A stretch of DNA of 59,651 nt, from positions 62,001 to 121,651 of the forward strand of contig MU054163.1 in NCBI GenBank assembly GCA_013239625.1. The letters are read 5' to 3'. The position numbers and the translations under genes were made by a program. The notes under the pieces were generated by a model, which was not told the DNA's origin, ran no database searches, and saw nothing but the letters and a program-made list of their open reading frames with translations. Each line of letters opens with the position of its first letter. The first letter of the stretch is position 1. Origin of the DNA: Lama guanicoe. Its lineage: Eukaryota. Shown here in pieces: positions 1 to 26,640 of this stretch.

Positions 1-567
1 TGGTTGGGCTCGACAGGGTCCCAGGAGGGAGGGGATCACATTCTGCATATTTGTGGAAGAAGGGTTCAATACAGCTGATAGATTGGGTGGGAAAGGATTG
101 AGGCAAGGTGGGGATAGAGATGGAGAGCCCCCCCCCAGCAGCCCCCAGGTGGCCCCCACCACCCTACCCTGCCCGGCCCCCCCCATTCCAGGTCACTCCC
201 CCTTGATTCTGCCCGCCAGGACCTCCAAGCCATGAATCCGACAAACTTCCACTGTCCCTGGCCCCTTGCGTCCCCCTGCACATGCGCCACAGAAGCTGCT
301 GTGGTCACTAGGAACACCCTGGGCCTTCTCTCGCTCCGTGGTTCTCACTTGGGAAAAAATCTAACTGACCCTGTCAGACCTGTGCCACTGAGCTCGGCTG
401 GAGACAGACTCTGGACAGACTCACTATGCACCCACCAGCCTCGAAGGCTGGACCCTCACTGCCCCCAGCTCCTGAGCCCACGTCCTGCTCTGCATCCATA
501 GTCCTCAGCCCGCGCCCACCACGGGGGTCCTGTGGTGCTTTGGGCCCCACTCTCTCCCTGCGCCTTT

Positions 568-2200
568 TCATGCACCTGTTGGCGTTCTGTATGTCTTCTT
601 TGGGAAAACCTGTATTCAGAGCCTCTGCCCATTTTTAACTGGAGTTTTTTTCCACTATTGAGTTATATGAGTTCTTCATATATTTTGGATGTTAATCCTT
701 TATCTGATACATGATTTACAAATATTCTCTTCCGTGCAGTAGGCTGCCTTTTCACTTGTTGATGGTTTCCTCTGCTGTGCAGAGCTTTCTAGTTTGCTGC
801 AGTCCCACTTGTTTATTTTTGCTTTTGCTGCCATTGCTTTTGGTGTCAAATCCAAAACAATCATCATCATGACTGATGTGCAGGAACTTGCTGTAGCCTA
901 TGTTCTCTTCTAGGGGTTTTATGGCTTCGGGTCTTACATTCATGTTTTCAATTCATTCTGAGTTAATTTTTGTGAATGGTGTAGGATGGTGGTCCCATTT
1001 CATTCTCTTGCCTATAGCTGTCTATTTTTCTCAACACCATTTATTGAAGAACTGTCCTTTCTCCATTGCATATTCCTTGCTCTTTTGCCATAAAGTAATT
1101 GACCATATATGTGTGGGTTTATTTCTGGGCTCTCTATTCTGTTTCACTGAAAATAGAATAGATTACTCTAGCTTTGTAATATAGTTTAAAATCTGAAGGC
1201 AGTGATGCCTCCAGCTTTGTTCTTTTTCAAAATTGCTTTGGCTATTCAAGGTCTTTGGTGGTTGCATACGAATTTTAGGATAGTTTGTTCTATTTCTGTG
1301 AAAAATGCCGTTGGAAATTTGATAGGGATTGCACTGAATCTGTAGATTGCTTTGGGTAGTATCGGCATTTTAACAAAATTACTTCTCCCTGCCCATGAGC
1401 ATGGACTATCTTTCCACTTACTTGTGTCCTCTTTAATTTTCTTTCATCACTGTTTCATATTTTTCAGTGTACAGATCTTTCAATTCTTTGGTTAAATTTA
1501 TTCCTAGGTATTTTATTCTTTTTGATGCAATTGTAAATGGATTTTTTTCCTTTGTTTCTTTTTCTGGTAATTCATTATAAAGTATATAGAAATGCAGCAG
1601 ATTTTTGTATATTGACTTTGTATGCTACAGCTCTACTGAGCTGGCTCATCACTTCTAACGGTTCTGGGGGCATCTTCAGTGTCTCCCTGTATCATATCGT
1701 CGTGTCTGCAGATAGTGACTGTTCTACTCCTTCCTTTGTCACTTGCATGCCTTTGATTTCTTTTTCTCGCCCAATTGTTCTGGCTGGTGCTTCCAATACA
1801 ACACTGAATAAAAGTGGCAAGAGTGGGCATCCTTGTCTTGTCCCTGATCTTGGACAGAAGCTTTTAGCTCTTCACAGCTGAGTGTGCTGTTGGCTGTGGG
1901 CTTGTCATATATGGCCTTTATTATGTTGAGTGTACGCTATCTATACATAATTTGTTAAGAGTGTTTATCATGAAGGGATGCTGAATTTTGTCAAATGCCT
2001 TTTATGCATGTATTGAGAGAATCATATGATTTTTACTCTTCATTTTGTTGATTTGGTGGATCACATTGATTGATTTGCAGATGTTGAACCGTCCTTGCAT
2101 CCCTGGGATAAGTCCTACCTGATGATAGTGTACGAGCCTCTTAATGTGTTACTGAATTTCGCCTGCTAATATTTTTGAAGATTTCTACATCTATGTTCAC
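568..2200 (-). mobile_element. Decayed LINE-1 fragment (ORF2 3' region)
   Basis: T-rich + strand with typical antisense L1 text (e.g. gggcatccttgtcttgtccctgatct, gattgcactgaatctgtagattgctttgggtagt). Minus-strand ORF remnants such as NVRPEAIKPLEENIG resemble L1 ORF2. Many stops and frameshifts. Confidence 0.9.
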
Positions 2201-2656
2201 CCTTTTTCATTACTGAAATTGGTTATTTCTATCTTCTGTTTTCTTAAACAGTTACATCTGGAGTGTCTCAATTTTTTTAAAGAAAATTTTTTTTTTTTTT
2301 TTTTAGTTTTTGGCTTTGTTAACTCTATTGTATATTTTCTATTTTTATTAATTTTCTCCCATTTTTATTATTTTATTACTTCTACATTCTTGGAGTGTTT
2401 TGCTTTTCCACTTAAATTCTTGAGAGGAATGCTTAGATCATCGCTTTTTAGTTTTTCTTATTTTTAACATATATATTTATAATGTGTGTGTATATATATG
2501 TATATAAATTTTAAAATTTCACGTGTATAAATTTCCCTCAAAGCGTGAATTTGTTTAGCTATATCCTGTAAGTTTTCATATGCTGTATTATTGCTATTTT
2601 TCATTTTAAATGTGTGCTTTCACATACTCTTACTTTTTCTTTTTCTTACACAACAC

Positions 2657-2753
2657 TTTAAAATGTAAAAAAAAAGAATCCTTTACCCGCAGGCCACACA
2701 AACACAAAATTTGGGCTGGATTTGACTCACAGGCCGCAGCTGGCCAGCCCTGG
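2657..2753 (+). mobile_element. MER58-like hAT-Charlie DNA transposon fragment
   Basis: gggctggatttgactcacaggccgcagctggccagccctg resembles the MER58 terminus (recalled consensus). Confidence 0.55.
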
Positions 2754-3699
2754 AGACAGCACGTAGTTTCTGAGCCCGGGCTCTCACTCAGCATAACGTG
2801 TGCCAGACTCCTCCACATGGTTGTGTGTCTTGGTAGTTCGTTCCTGTTCACTGCCGAGTAGCATCCCATCGTGTGGGTCTGTTACGATGCTTTTTAACTT
2901 AGTTGGTTCATTTAATAACCATCATGTTCTGGACATCTCTTCGTGTTAGCACACATGGACGGACCTCACCCTTTTTACCGTGATCGTTGCTCTCCATGGT
3001 AGAGATGTACCAGTGATTTAAGCAGGGCCTTAACAAAAATTGGATTATTCCCATTTCCCCCTACTATGAAGAGTGCTCTAAAAAAACAACCTGACGCATG
3101 AAAGTTTTCATCTTCAGATCAGGAAGTTGTACCTGTCACTTCCTCTCAGAATCATGTGCCAATCCCAACAGCAAGAAAAGTGGGAAAGGTAGTCCAGCCA
3201 GGTGTCAGGGGGACGGAGCAGGGACCCCAGAGCACTGCTGGCAGCGTCTACTCAGCCACGCTTCCGCTGAGCTGGCCTTCTGTTACCGCAGGCACCGGTT
3301 ATACACATAAGCACACTCACATAGATACATTGTATGTATAAATTATCTGTTGATTTTGCAAAACTGGTGTATAAACACATATATAAACATACACACACAT
3401 TCCCCCACGGGAAGCTACTTTGTAACCTAGGGGACAGTACTTTTCTGCAGTTTCTTTTGTCTTTACCCTTATAGACTCCACTCATTTTCGAAGTTACTTA
3501 GGTCAGCAACTTTCCCCCACTCCCTTCCCTGAGATGGTTTCATATATTTATAATGTGGTTAGATTCTTTGGTGACATACTGCATTAGTCCTGGGATTCCC
3601 TGGCATCCTACATGATGTTTTAAACTTGTATACATTAATGTTCCTCTTTGTGTTGTAAAGTTCTGTGAATTTGACAGGTGCATAATGCTGTGTATCCAC

Positions 3700-4640
3700 C
3701 CAGATCTTGGTTTCTCATGCCATTCACCAATAAAAGGGACCAGGGTTTCTTGGCTCTTTTAGGACTGGGGCAGAAAACATGTAAGGTGAGCACTTTATAG
3801 TGCCAGCAAGTGAGAAAGTGCTCAAAACAAACGAACAAACAAAAACTCCACAAGGAAAAAGGTGCTCCAAAGGGACACAGGAGCCAAAAGAAAGAACTCC
3901 CAGCACCAGGCCTGGGCAAAGCAGCGATGATTATAGTCCAAGGGGAAAACAAACACCCACGAGTCCACGCTAGTACAAAGCACTGAGTAAATAATAAACG
4001 AGTAAGTGAGTAATGGGTGAAATAACGAATAATCATAAGTGCAAGCAAATCTCCCATGCAAAAGAGTCCCGAATGCTTTATGTGGACACCCCAGACCCAA
4101 GGTGCTGGAACAGCGCTCTGCAGCCCTCGAGAGCAGCCTGTGCACAGGGACCTCCTCCCAACGTGCAGGGTGGAAGGGGGAAAGAAAGAGTGACTTCACA
4201 GTGAAAACCTGACAAAGCCGACCTCAGCCAGGAGATGAAGGTGAACGTCACTGACGGGCCGCACTGGCAGTCTGTGCCCTCGATGGGGTGTGACGAGGAG
4301 GGCGTTCACCCCTGTGGTCGTCTTTCCAAACCCCACACCCAGAGAACCATGGGGAAAACAGAAGGCAGATTCCAGGAGGGGGTTCCCTATGAAACAGCTG
4401 AGTAGCTTTCTTCAAAACTGTCCACGTCGTCAGAAACAAGGGCAGTCTGAGGAGCAGTCCAGCCTTAGGAGCCTAAGGAGATGTGATGACTTACTGCTGT
4501 GCAGGGCCCTGGGTGGGGGTCCTGGAATAGGAGGAGGACATTAGAGGGAAACGAGGGAGTCTGAGTAAAGTATGGACTTTACTTACTTAATAAGGCTGTA
4601 TGGATGCTGGTTCATCAACCATGACAAGTGTACCATGCGA
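3700..4640 (+). mobile_element. Old L1 (L1MC/L1MD-like) 3' UTR fragment
   Basis: Recalled L1MC-type 3' motifs (aaacctgacaaa..cctcagccagg..gaaggtgaacgtca; gtaaagtatggacttt..ggttcatcaac..gacaagtgtacca). Boundaries approximate. Confidence 0.55.
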
Positions 4641-4641
4641 C

Positions 4642-5095
4642 TGTACCAGTCAGGGTTCTCTGAGAAACAGAACTGGCAGGATACAGGTATAGACAGATAC
4701 AGGTCTGTTACAAGGAACGGCTGGCAGAAGCACAGAGGCTGAGAAGTCCCAAGACCTGTGGCTGGCGGGGCACCTGACAGGGCAGCTCCGGCCGGAAAGC
4801 GGGCAGCCTCGAGCCCTGCAAGAGCTTGATGTTTCAGCTGAGTCCGAAGGCCCACGTCCCAGGTGAAGCCGTCAGGCAAGAAGAGTCCTTCTTACTCATG
4901 GGAGGGTCAAACTTTCTGTTCTATTCAGTCCTCCAGCTGAGTGAGGCCACCCACACTGTGGACAGCAGTCTGCTTTACCCAGTCCACCAATTCAAGTATT
5001 AATCTCCTCCAGAAACACTCTCACAGATTCACCCAGAGTAACGTCTGACTGACCGTCTGGCCCAGCCAAGCTGACACATAAAATTAACTATCACA
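4642..5095 (-). mobile_element. MLT2-family (ERVL) solo LTR
   Basis: TG...CA ends. Reverse complement begins tgtgatagttaattttatgtgtcagcttggc, the MLT2 5' signature. About 450 bp. Confidence 0.8.
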
Positions 5096-5407
5096 CCAAC
5101 AAAACCGCTGGGCTGTGAAGACGCCCTGACTGTTGACTGGCACCTCTGTGGGCACGTTCCATGCGAAGAGGGCCTGGGCAGAAGCTGAGCTCGGAGGAGG
5201 GGAGCGCAGAGCCGGTGGGGCGAGGAAGGACAGGCCTCTCACAGTCTACCCGGGAGCCCCAGTTTCCGTGGATTCTGCTAACCCTGAGAGATACTAGGTG
5301 GAAGTGTTTTTGAAAATTAAAGAAAGGGCTGAGTTTGATTTTTCTAGAAGTGGTCATTTGGTTTTGAATGAAGTTATAAAGCACAGAGTTTTTATATGGC
5401 ATAAAAA

Positions 5408-5550
5408 TGGTTCTCAAATTTGATCGTGCATCAGAATTCCCAGGCGGGGGAGCTTGTAATGGACACTTGGGACCACCCCAGAATTTCTGACTGATTTCTA
5501 ACAAGTTCCCAGACGATGCTGCTGCTCCAGAGACCACACCTTGAGAACCT
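5408..5550. mobile_element. MER5-like hAT DNA transposon (MITE)
   Basis: Inverted ends ggttctcaa...ttgagaacc, with internal tttctaacaagttcccag..gatgctg motif. Confidence 0.7.
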
Positions 5551-8500
5551 GTTTTATGTGATGAAAACAGATTTCCAATGCGACAAAAATTAGATGCAAA
5601 TGTTTGCCTTCGTGTGCATTTTTTCTGGGTCCTTGATGCCAGAACTGCCGCAGAGGACTGCGTTCCACCGTCAGTGCCTTTCTTCAACAGCTCCTGCAGT
5701 TCCAAGTGTGGACACAGGGTGGTGCCATGTGTCCACCCCAGACCTTCCAGGTGGCCTTGTACCTTTGCAAGGGAGGGTGAGCACGGTGCCCCCCACCTCC
5801 ATACCCAGGGGCAGGAGGGACAGATGTAGCTCTAGATCAGATCGAGACTGATAGATAAGGGCAGGGGAGGAAGGAGGGTTACTTCTGTCCACCAGAGCCC
5901 CAGAGCTTTTCCTGATGCCACCCTCGTCCAGGACAGGCCAGAATAGGCCCTGAGCCCAGGGCCCTGCTCCCTCTCCATGCCCCAGTTTACCCAGCTGTTC
6001 CAGGAGCCCTCGTTCCACTCTGCATCCCCAGGGCCTTATACTCCCTTGTTCAATGTGACCGCCACCACTTTCTCTGTGGGGCACACCGTTTTTCTTTCAG
6101 GAGAGGAGGAGGGTCCAGGATACAGGGCTGCACTCTGCAGCGGGCTAGCATGGCCTTGCTTACGAAGTGAGAGGCTGAGCCAGGCCTCCCACCCCCAGCA
6201 GCCTCGTGTGGTTTGGGGCAGCAGGGATCTGCACAGGGTTTGGTTTGAAGAGCTGGTTCTGGGGACTAAACCCAAGCTAGGGTGAGGCCAGTTGCTTATT
6301 GCCACAGGTGGTAGGAGCCTCAGAAGCTGCGTGGACAGAGAGCAAGGGCAGGTTTGTGCTTGGAAAGTTTGGGAAGGTCAGAGGGCTGTGGGAGGTGGAT
6401 AGGAAGGGGCTGGAACTGGTGTGGCCATCCAGGCTGGAGGAGAGGCTTGCAAGCCCCCAGCTCCCCTGCCCTGGTCCTCACGGAGGGCATCACACCGTCC
6501 AGCACAGGGACTTGCTTGGAAGCCTGGAGCGGACTCCCAGAGCACAGTGGGCACTCTGCTGCACCCCTCCTCAACTGCCTGCACCCCCACCCCTCTCAAG
6601 CTGGGAAGGGTGGAGCCAGGCCTGGGCGGTGGGGCAGGAGGTCTTATCTGTGAAAGAAGGAACTTCCTAGACTGGGTGACTGGCCCTGAGTCAGTCTTAT
6701 CCCCAGCTGGACCCCACAGCTATAATTAAAGGTTCAGGCGGAAGGGATTATTCCAGAGGAGGGGCAGAGCCCCCCACAGCCTGAGGCTGGCACTGGGGCC
6801 CAGTGCTGCTGGAGATAACATTCAGGACACACTCCCCTCTGTGGCCTCCCAGGACTTGGCTCCTCCCTGGGAAACCAAGTCTCAGGAAGGCGGTCAGGCC
6901 AGGGCCTTGAGAGGCGGGGCATGGAGCCCAGAAGCGAGCCCCACATTTGGAACAAGTGTGGTTTCCGGGGAAGAACGAAAGTAAAATGATGTTCCTCTTG
7001 GAGTGTAGTTACATCACCAATCACCATTTCCACCCAGACTGACGGGATGTGATCGTCCCTCAGGAGGATGGAGACCATGGTTGAGTCGGGGGGCTTAGGA
7101 CCGACGTGGTCAGATGTCCTGCCGCTGCTCTGCTCCTCACAGCCACGCCGACCTGGTCTGGAGAGCTGAAGAGCACGCTCTGGGCTGTGGCCTTTATCAC
7201 TGTTAATGTCAACCTTTCAGGTCATTCTGACGATGGGCTGTGATCCTGTGCCTCCTGTCATATCTGACTCAATCTGTCTCCCTTCAGTCTAACCCGAATC
7301 TCCACCCACCCTGCACTGCCCACCCATCCGTCCACCTCCACCTCCATCCCACACTGACTGGAGGACACACCAGTCCCTGCCCTCGTGGGGTGTCATATCG
7401 GCTACGAGGCACATCTGAGATGTCACTTGATCAGGGCCTGAGTGATCTGAAAACAAAAGGAAACAGGCGGGAAAGTTTCCTGCAAAGGCAGCAGCGCAGG
7501 GCGGGAGTGGCGTGTCTGGGACAAGGCAGGGGCCAGCACGTGTGCAGATACAGGCGGAGCAGGTGAGAGGCAAGGTGGCAGTGGTCAGGGCCCCCTGCCT
7601 GGGGGACATGGGAAGGAAGTGACAGGAGCCTGTGGGGAGCACTGGGCAGGGGCAGCGCCAAGTGTTCTAGGAGGACTGTCCCGGTTGCAGGGTGGAGCAG
7701 CTGTGGAGGCTGGACTTGGGGAGGATGGGGAGTGGGTTCTGTGGGGTACAATGTTGGTGGACTGGATGCAGGGTGTGAGCACCACTGGATGTGAGTGCAG
7801 AGCTGAAGGCTGGTGCTCAGGTATCTGTCCTGAACAGCTGGGAGGGGAAAGCGTGGAGGACACATGCCAGGCAGGCCTCGGGAATCCACCCACAGGTGCG
7901 GACGAAGGTTCATGTCAACACAGCCCAAATACCATGACTGACAAGGAGCCACTGGGGTTGCCAAGGCTGGACAGATCCAGAGACAGTGGGTGGGAAGGCA
8001 GCAAAGGTCCTGGGGCTGCCAGAGGTCAGAGAGGGTCTGGACGAGGTGGCAGAAGCAGGATGGCCAAGGAGAATGGCCAGCCTTTGGCATCTGGCAGGAG
8101 GGGGTCTGGGGACACAGGGTTCGGGTTAGGGTTCAGCTGTCTGGGGCAGCACAGGCAGGCCCACTGCCTTCTGCACAGTGACCAGGTCAGGCAGCGGTCC
8201 TTTCTGGTCACTTCCATTCTCTCAGGGAACTCACTGCTTGGGGTGGGGGGATGTTTGCACAGACAGAAGAAGTGAAAGCCTCGGAGAGAGCAGGAAAATG
8301 AATTGACTAACAAATGTTTGCTGCGGGAAGGAATGTCTGCAGAAGTAAGAGAACAGGGCCTCCAGCTCACACCAGACAGGTGTGCGGGCAGGGCTGGGAT
8401 GACTTCCTGGGGTCCGGCAGGCAGCTGGCCAGGCACATCTGGCCCTGGGTGCCTTGACCGACATGCGGGCCCAGGAGCAGAGACCCAAGTGTCTGCTGAA

Positions 8501-8925
8501 CTTCTTCCCCTCTGCTCCGGCACAGCCCACCACCCCAGGAACAGGCTGCTCAGACTGGCTACAGGCTGTGCCCAGGTGGAGCAGGGCTGCCCCAGGAGTT
8601 AAGGTTAGGAATCCCCAAGTTAGGGGATTTTAAAGTAGCTCTGTGTGGTACTGCCTATTGACACCTCCAGTATTTAGTCAGCTCTTAAATCATGTCACTT
8701 GCCTCTCTTGCCTTCTCAGACCCAGCTTCCCTGGTCTTGAACCTTTACTGAGTACTTTCCTACAAAGAAGTGAAAGCCCTTTCCATGAGGGCCAAACCTG
8801 TGCTGCAAGGGGCTCGAAGCCCCTGGGGCCACACCAGGGGCTGGGCCTGGAGGCTGCTGGTCTGAGGCCTCCTCTTTCCCAGTTCCAAGCAGGCTCCCTT
8901 CTGCCAGCCCTGTGACAGGAGGGGA

Positions 8926-8957
8926 CAGCTGCGGCTGCCTGCTCGAGCTATAAAAAG
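8926..8957 (+). promoter_or_regulatory. COX8B core promoter: E-box and TATA/MEF2-like box
   Basis: CAGCTG at 8926-8931 and CTATAAAAAG at 8948-8957, about 90 bp upstream of the ATG at 9041. Confidence 0.65.
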
Positions 8958-9040
8958 CCCCAACAAGCAAGCGAGCAGAGGACACACCGGGCGGACACTT
9001 GGAACTTCACTGGGCTAGGGAGGAGCTCGGCCCAACAGCC

Positions 9041-10538
9041 ATGCTGAGGTTGGCCCCCACCACCAGGCTGCTGCAAGCCCCCCTGAGGGGCTGGGTGGTT
9101 CCCAAGGCGCACATCTCTGCCAAGCCAGCCAGAACTCCCACTTCCCCAAAGGTCAGTCCCCTCAAGGAAGCAGGGGTGGGGTGGGGGGAGTGGGGAGGTG
9201 AGGGGGTGGGCAGCAGCCCCGACCTGGGCAGGGGGAGTGGGCAGTCCTGAAATGTGCTCAGGATGAGGTGGGTTTAAGGGAGGACACAGAAGGGGAGAGG
9301 GTGTCCTCCCAGGGCTACCTGTAGAGGGGATCCTAGTGCTGGGTCTCAGTCCTTTGGCCGGAAGTGTCCCAAGTCCGGGAAAGGGTCCCTGCAGCTGCCG
9401 CCCGCAGGCCAGGCCCCAAAGCAGCCTGCAGAGTCAGCAGGGGTGGGGGGCTCTCCATTCTCAGGCCCCTACTTGCCTTCTGGCAAATGGCGGGTGCTAA
9501 CAGCTGACCTTGGAGGGCGCTCAGTGGACCCTCCAGCTTCACCACCCGTTAAAGGCAGAGAGTGGGATGCTTTGAGGGTCAGTGAGAGCACAGGCGAAAA
9601 CGTAAACCTGTGACCCTCAGGCTCCAGCAGAGCTCAACATCTGTTTCAAGCATAAATAAACCAGGGTCTAGAAGGTCACCTGCCCAAGGTCGCAAGCCTA
9701 GATCTGAAGCCAGCCTGTGGTCCCTGTTCTAGGCCAACATCGCTTTTAAACCTCTGAGAGTGAAAGTCTAAAGGAAGGACTGGCCTCCATCTTGGTGTCC
9801 GAGTCACTTGGAGGAAGGGGAGGGGCGACTGGTCTGGGCTGTTTCAGGAGGAAACAATGACGGTGAAATACAGCTGGTGCCTCAGAGCCTGGCTGAGTGC
9901 AGCCACTGACTGCGCAGGGGTCCCGGTGGGATGGCCTCGCACACCTGCACACACTCAGCGTAAGGCGTTCCACCGCCTCCACCCAGACCCAAGAAAGGGC
10001 CCCGAACTTGTGACAAGTAACTTAACACTACACCTGACCACAAACGTCGGCAGGTAACCAGAAGGGAGGGTACACCCTGCCTGGTGAAAGGAGTTCAAGG
10101 TCACGGCACAGGCGGCCAGGCAGGCTCTGGGCAGGTGGGTGGGGCTGTGATGAGGGGCCTGACTCAGAGACTGGACCCCAAGGCTGCTCACCCTGGTCTC
10201 CGCACAGGCTGTCCTCTGACGACTGCAGTCAGCGGTCACTGCTCACAGCTCACAGGCTATCCCCACCTGACTCGGGAGAAGTCTGCGTTAACGGAGTAAA
10301 CCCGGCTGGGCCCAGGGTCCAACAGGAGCTGAGGCGCAGGGCAGTCTGTCTAATTCTCCACTGCTGCTCCAGCAGGACCCGGGGACAGAGGCAGTCAGCC
10401 TGGGCCTAGTGGACTCATGTGCACTTCCTCACCCAGGAGCAGGCCATCGGGCTCTCTGCGGTGTTCTTCAGCTTCCTGTTCCCCGCGGGCTGGGTGCTGT
10501 TCCATATGGAGAACTACAAGAGGAGCTCCGTGGCGTGA
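9041..10538 (+). CDS. COX8B: Cytochrome c oxidase subunit 8B (heart/muscle isoform, COX8H), 70 aa, 2 exons
   Basis: Exons 9041-9151 and 10437-10538 (GT-AG) give MLRLAPTTRLLQAPLRGWVVPKAHISAKPARTPTSPK|EQAIGLSAVFFSFLFPAGWVLFHMENYKRSSVA*, very close to bovine COX8H. ATTAAA at 10578-10583. Expected position beside PSMD13. Confidence 0.96.
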
Positions 10539-10967
10539 AGGCGCTACTACCGCTGCTCCAGGCTCAGATCAGATTGTATTAAACCCCTCCTTCCACCTAA
10601 TGTTCTCTTGGTAATTCTTTGTGTATGTGCACCCTCTGCCCCAATGCCCAGCACTGGGCGGTCTGAGGGCTGGCTCCAGTCAGCACTGGGCACTCAGGCT
10701 GTTGGCTGGGTGGCGGACTCCTTCAGAGGCAACAGACATCACATCTGAGTGACGACTAGGACAGGACTCATGTCCTTGGCGGCCGTGCCCACCGCCCTCT
10801 GTGCTGGCTCTGCCCTTGTCCCCAGTGGGCATGGCTGCCCTTCCCTCAGGGTAGAGGAGCAGGGAACCCAGGCCAAATTTCCACCAAGCCCTCCCTAGGT
10901 GCCATCCCCCGCTGACCTGGAAGCTAAGCCTAAGAAAACAGAACCCCAAAAAGCACAGAGCAAGGCA

Positions 10968-10973
10968 TTTATT
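10968..10973 (-). terminator. PSMD13 polyadenylation signal (AATAAA)
   Basis: TTTATT on the + strand, 375 bp beyond the PSMD13 stop. Confidence 0.7.
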
Positions 10974-11347
10974 ACAGACACATACTCAAACCACACTGGA
11001 AAAGATGTTCACACAGGTGGATGCGGTGGAGACCAGCCCTGGAGTGGGCACTCTCCACACTAGGGCTACTCCTTCTGACTCCTAGGGGCACCCACACACT
11101 TCTGCCTGCCTCATCACCCGAGACCCAGTGACCCCTTCCCACTGCAGGCTACAGTGACATCCACAAAGGAGGCTTCTGGCTGTGGCTGGGCCCCCCCATA
11201 AATGACGGTCCTGCTTTCAGAACAAGAAGAACAGTCTCTACTCCAGACTGAATCCCAACCCCCACCCCCAACCGAACTCAGATCTTCTCAACTGCCAGAT
11301 TCATCGGCCATGAAACACGTCTCCACAGACAGGTCAGGACCAGGAGA

Positions 11348-24830
<13,483 letters not shown>

Positions 24831-25878
24831 GTGTAGTGAGGTTCTGTTCTGTGCGTTGCCGTTTTTACTTAACATGTGTTGGAGTTACTCCCATTTCTAA
24901 ACATAAATGCTTTCTCACTCTTAGAATTATTCTGATTGTAGAATTCCATTATATGGATGTCTCATACTTTAACCGTTTTCTTGTTGAAATAGCTTCTGAT
25001 CTTTAGTTATTACAGATAATGCTGTGTTCAGTAACCTTGTTTGTACCTTCCTTTTTGGATAAATTTCTGGTAGTGGAACTCCTGCGTCTCCATTTCTATT
25101 GTCCCCCATAAAGGTTGTGCAATTACTACTCCTGCCGGCGTCTACACAGTAACTGCACATTTTGGAATCCTTCCCTAGGAACTGAACCTACAAATGGAAA
25201 AATCTTAAGGCCCATAGTTGTTAGGAAAGTAACTGAAATGACCAGTAATGGACAATTATTTAAGTAAACAGTGGTATGTTCACTTAATGCGTTCTTACAC
25301 AGCTATCAAAAATATTGAAGAGTTTAATAAAGAGATACCAAGAAACTTACTGACCTCACTGTCTGCCAGACTGTACTAGGTATGAGGACGAAGCAGGGGC
25401 CAGACCAGGGCTTGCCTCTGTGGCGTCACTCCAGTTTCAGAATCTGCAGGCAGTTGTGAGTGGGATGTGGGATAAACAGTGACCTGGTCTACCAGGTGCT
25501 GCTCACGGCCCCACTGTCATTCAGTAAATCCTTGCTACCACTCGCCCCCAAAACAGGAGGCAAGGGGGTGTCAGTGAGGAGCAGTCAGTTTGCATGGGCT
25601 GTCTGCAGTTTGGAATTTCTGCCTTTTGAGTATTTTAGGGCTCTTCCATGACATTACCCTTTGTTTCCATTTTCCAAGCAGCTTGCATGATTGCTTCTCA
25701 AGTCCCCTACTACCAGTAGCACATACTTTATCACCTTCACCTTCAATATAGTCTTGACATCTGGTAAAATTCAGTGACAAGTATCTTATGTAGATGAGAA
25801 ATGCAAGGAGTACCCTGAGTAACACCTTGTATTAGTAACATTGTCACCCAAGTCGGCACTCAGTGTGGTGGTAACTTC

Positions 25879-26628
25879 TACAACGTGGTGTTTTTTCCAA
25901 CACCAGCAAGCAGTTCTTCACTTTTCCACAGACACTGACTGGGTATCAAATTTAACTGAATTCTAACTGCTTGCCTGGAGATTGCACCAGACTCCACAGG
26001 CCAAGGGCTCAGTCCCACGAGACGGCCCCCACTTCAGATGCCAACCCAGGTTGTCACCTGTGCTTCTAACCAACCGACTAAAAATCGGAGGTTCCCATGA
26101 CCCCCTTCTCTGGTTTGATTAATTTACTAGAAGGGCCCACAGAACTCAGAAAGCAATTTGCTTACTAGATTACTGGTTTATTACAGAGGATATTAAAGGA
26201 TACAAATCAACGTCCAGATGAAGAAACACAGGGGGAGGTTCTGAACATAGGCATGTCCCCTGTGGGGGGTGGAGTCTGGCATGTGGACCCTTTCTGGTTC
26301 ACCAACCTGGAAGCTCTCTGAACGACCCCCCTTTATGGGTTTTCATGGAGGCTCCACCCCTCTAATCATGGGTGGTTCCCCTGGCCACCATACCCCCATC
26401 CTTGGGGGATTTTCTAGAGTCACCTCATTAACACAGACTCCGTGTGGTCGTGGGAGACTTGTTACGGATAACAAGACACCCATTTCACTTCCTGGCTCTG
26501 AAGGGATTTCAGGAACTGAGGCCAAAAGACCCAATGTTGTAAAAAGATGCTCCCATTGCTCTTAGGAAAATGCAAGGGTTTTGGGACAAAGGCCAAAACA
26601 TATATTTATTATAAATCACAATGTCACA
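25879..26628 (-). mobile_element. MER21-like solo LTR in SIRT3 intron 1
   Basis: Reverse complement begins tgtgacattgtgatttataataaatatatg. Internal gggctcagtcccac..ccccacttcagatgccaa. Flanks acttc/acttt resemble a 5-bp TSD. Confidence 0.75.
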
Positions 26629-26640
26629 ACTTTCTTCTAT

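Noticed and set aside
6734..7130. Minus-strand 114-aa ORF (..PPDSTMVSILLRDDHI..) faintly resembling an IFITM N-terminus
   Set aside because: No CD225 core motifs (WSLFNT, CCLGF) and no supporting exon structure; similarity is too weak.
5091..8602. Several 100-220 aa ORFs upstream of COX8B
   Set aside because: GC-rich non-coding DNA with overlapping ORFs on both strands, partly inside repeats, and no recognisable domain. No NLRP6 exons were seen in the window.
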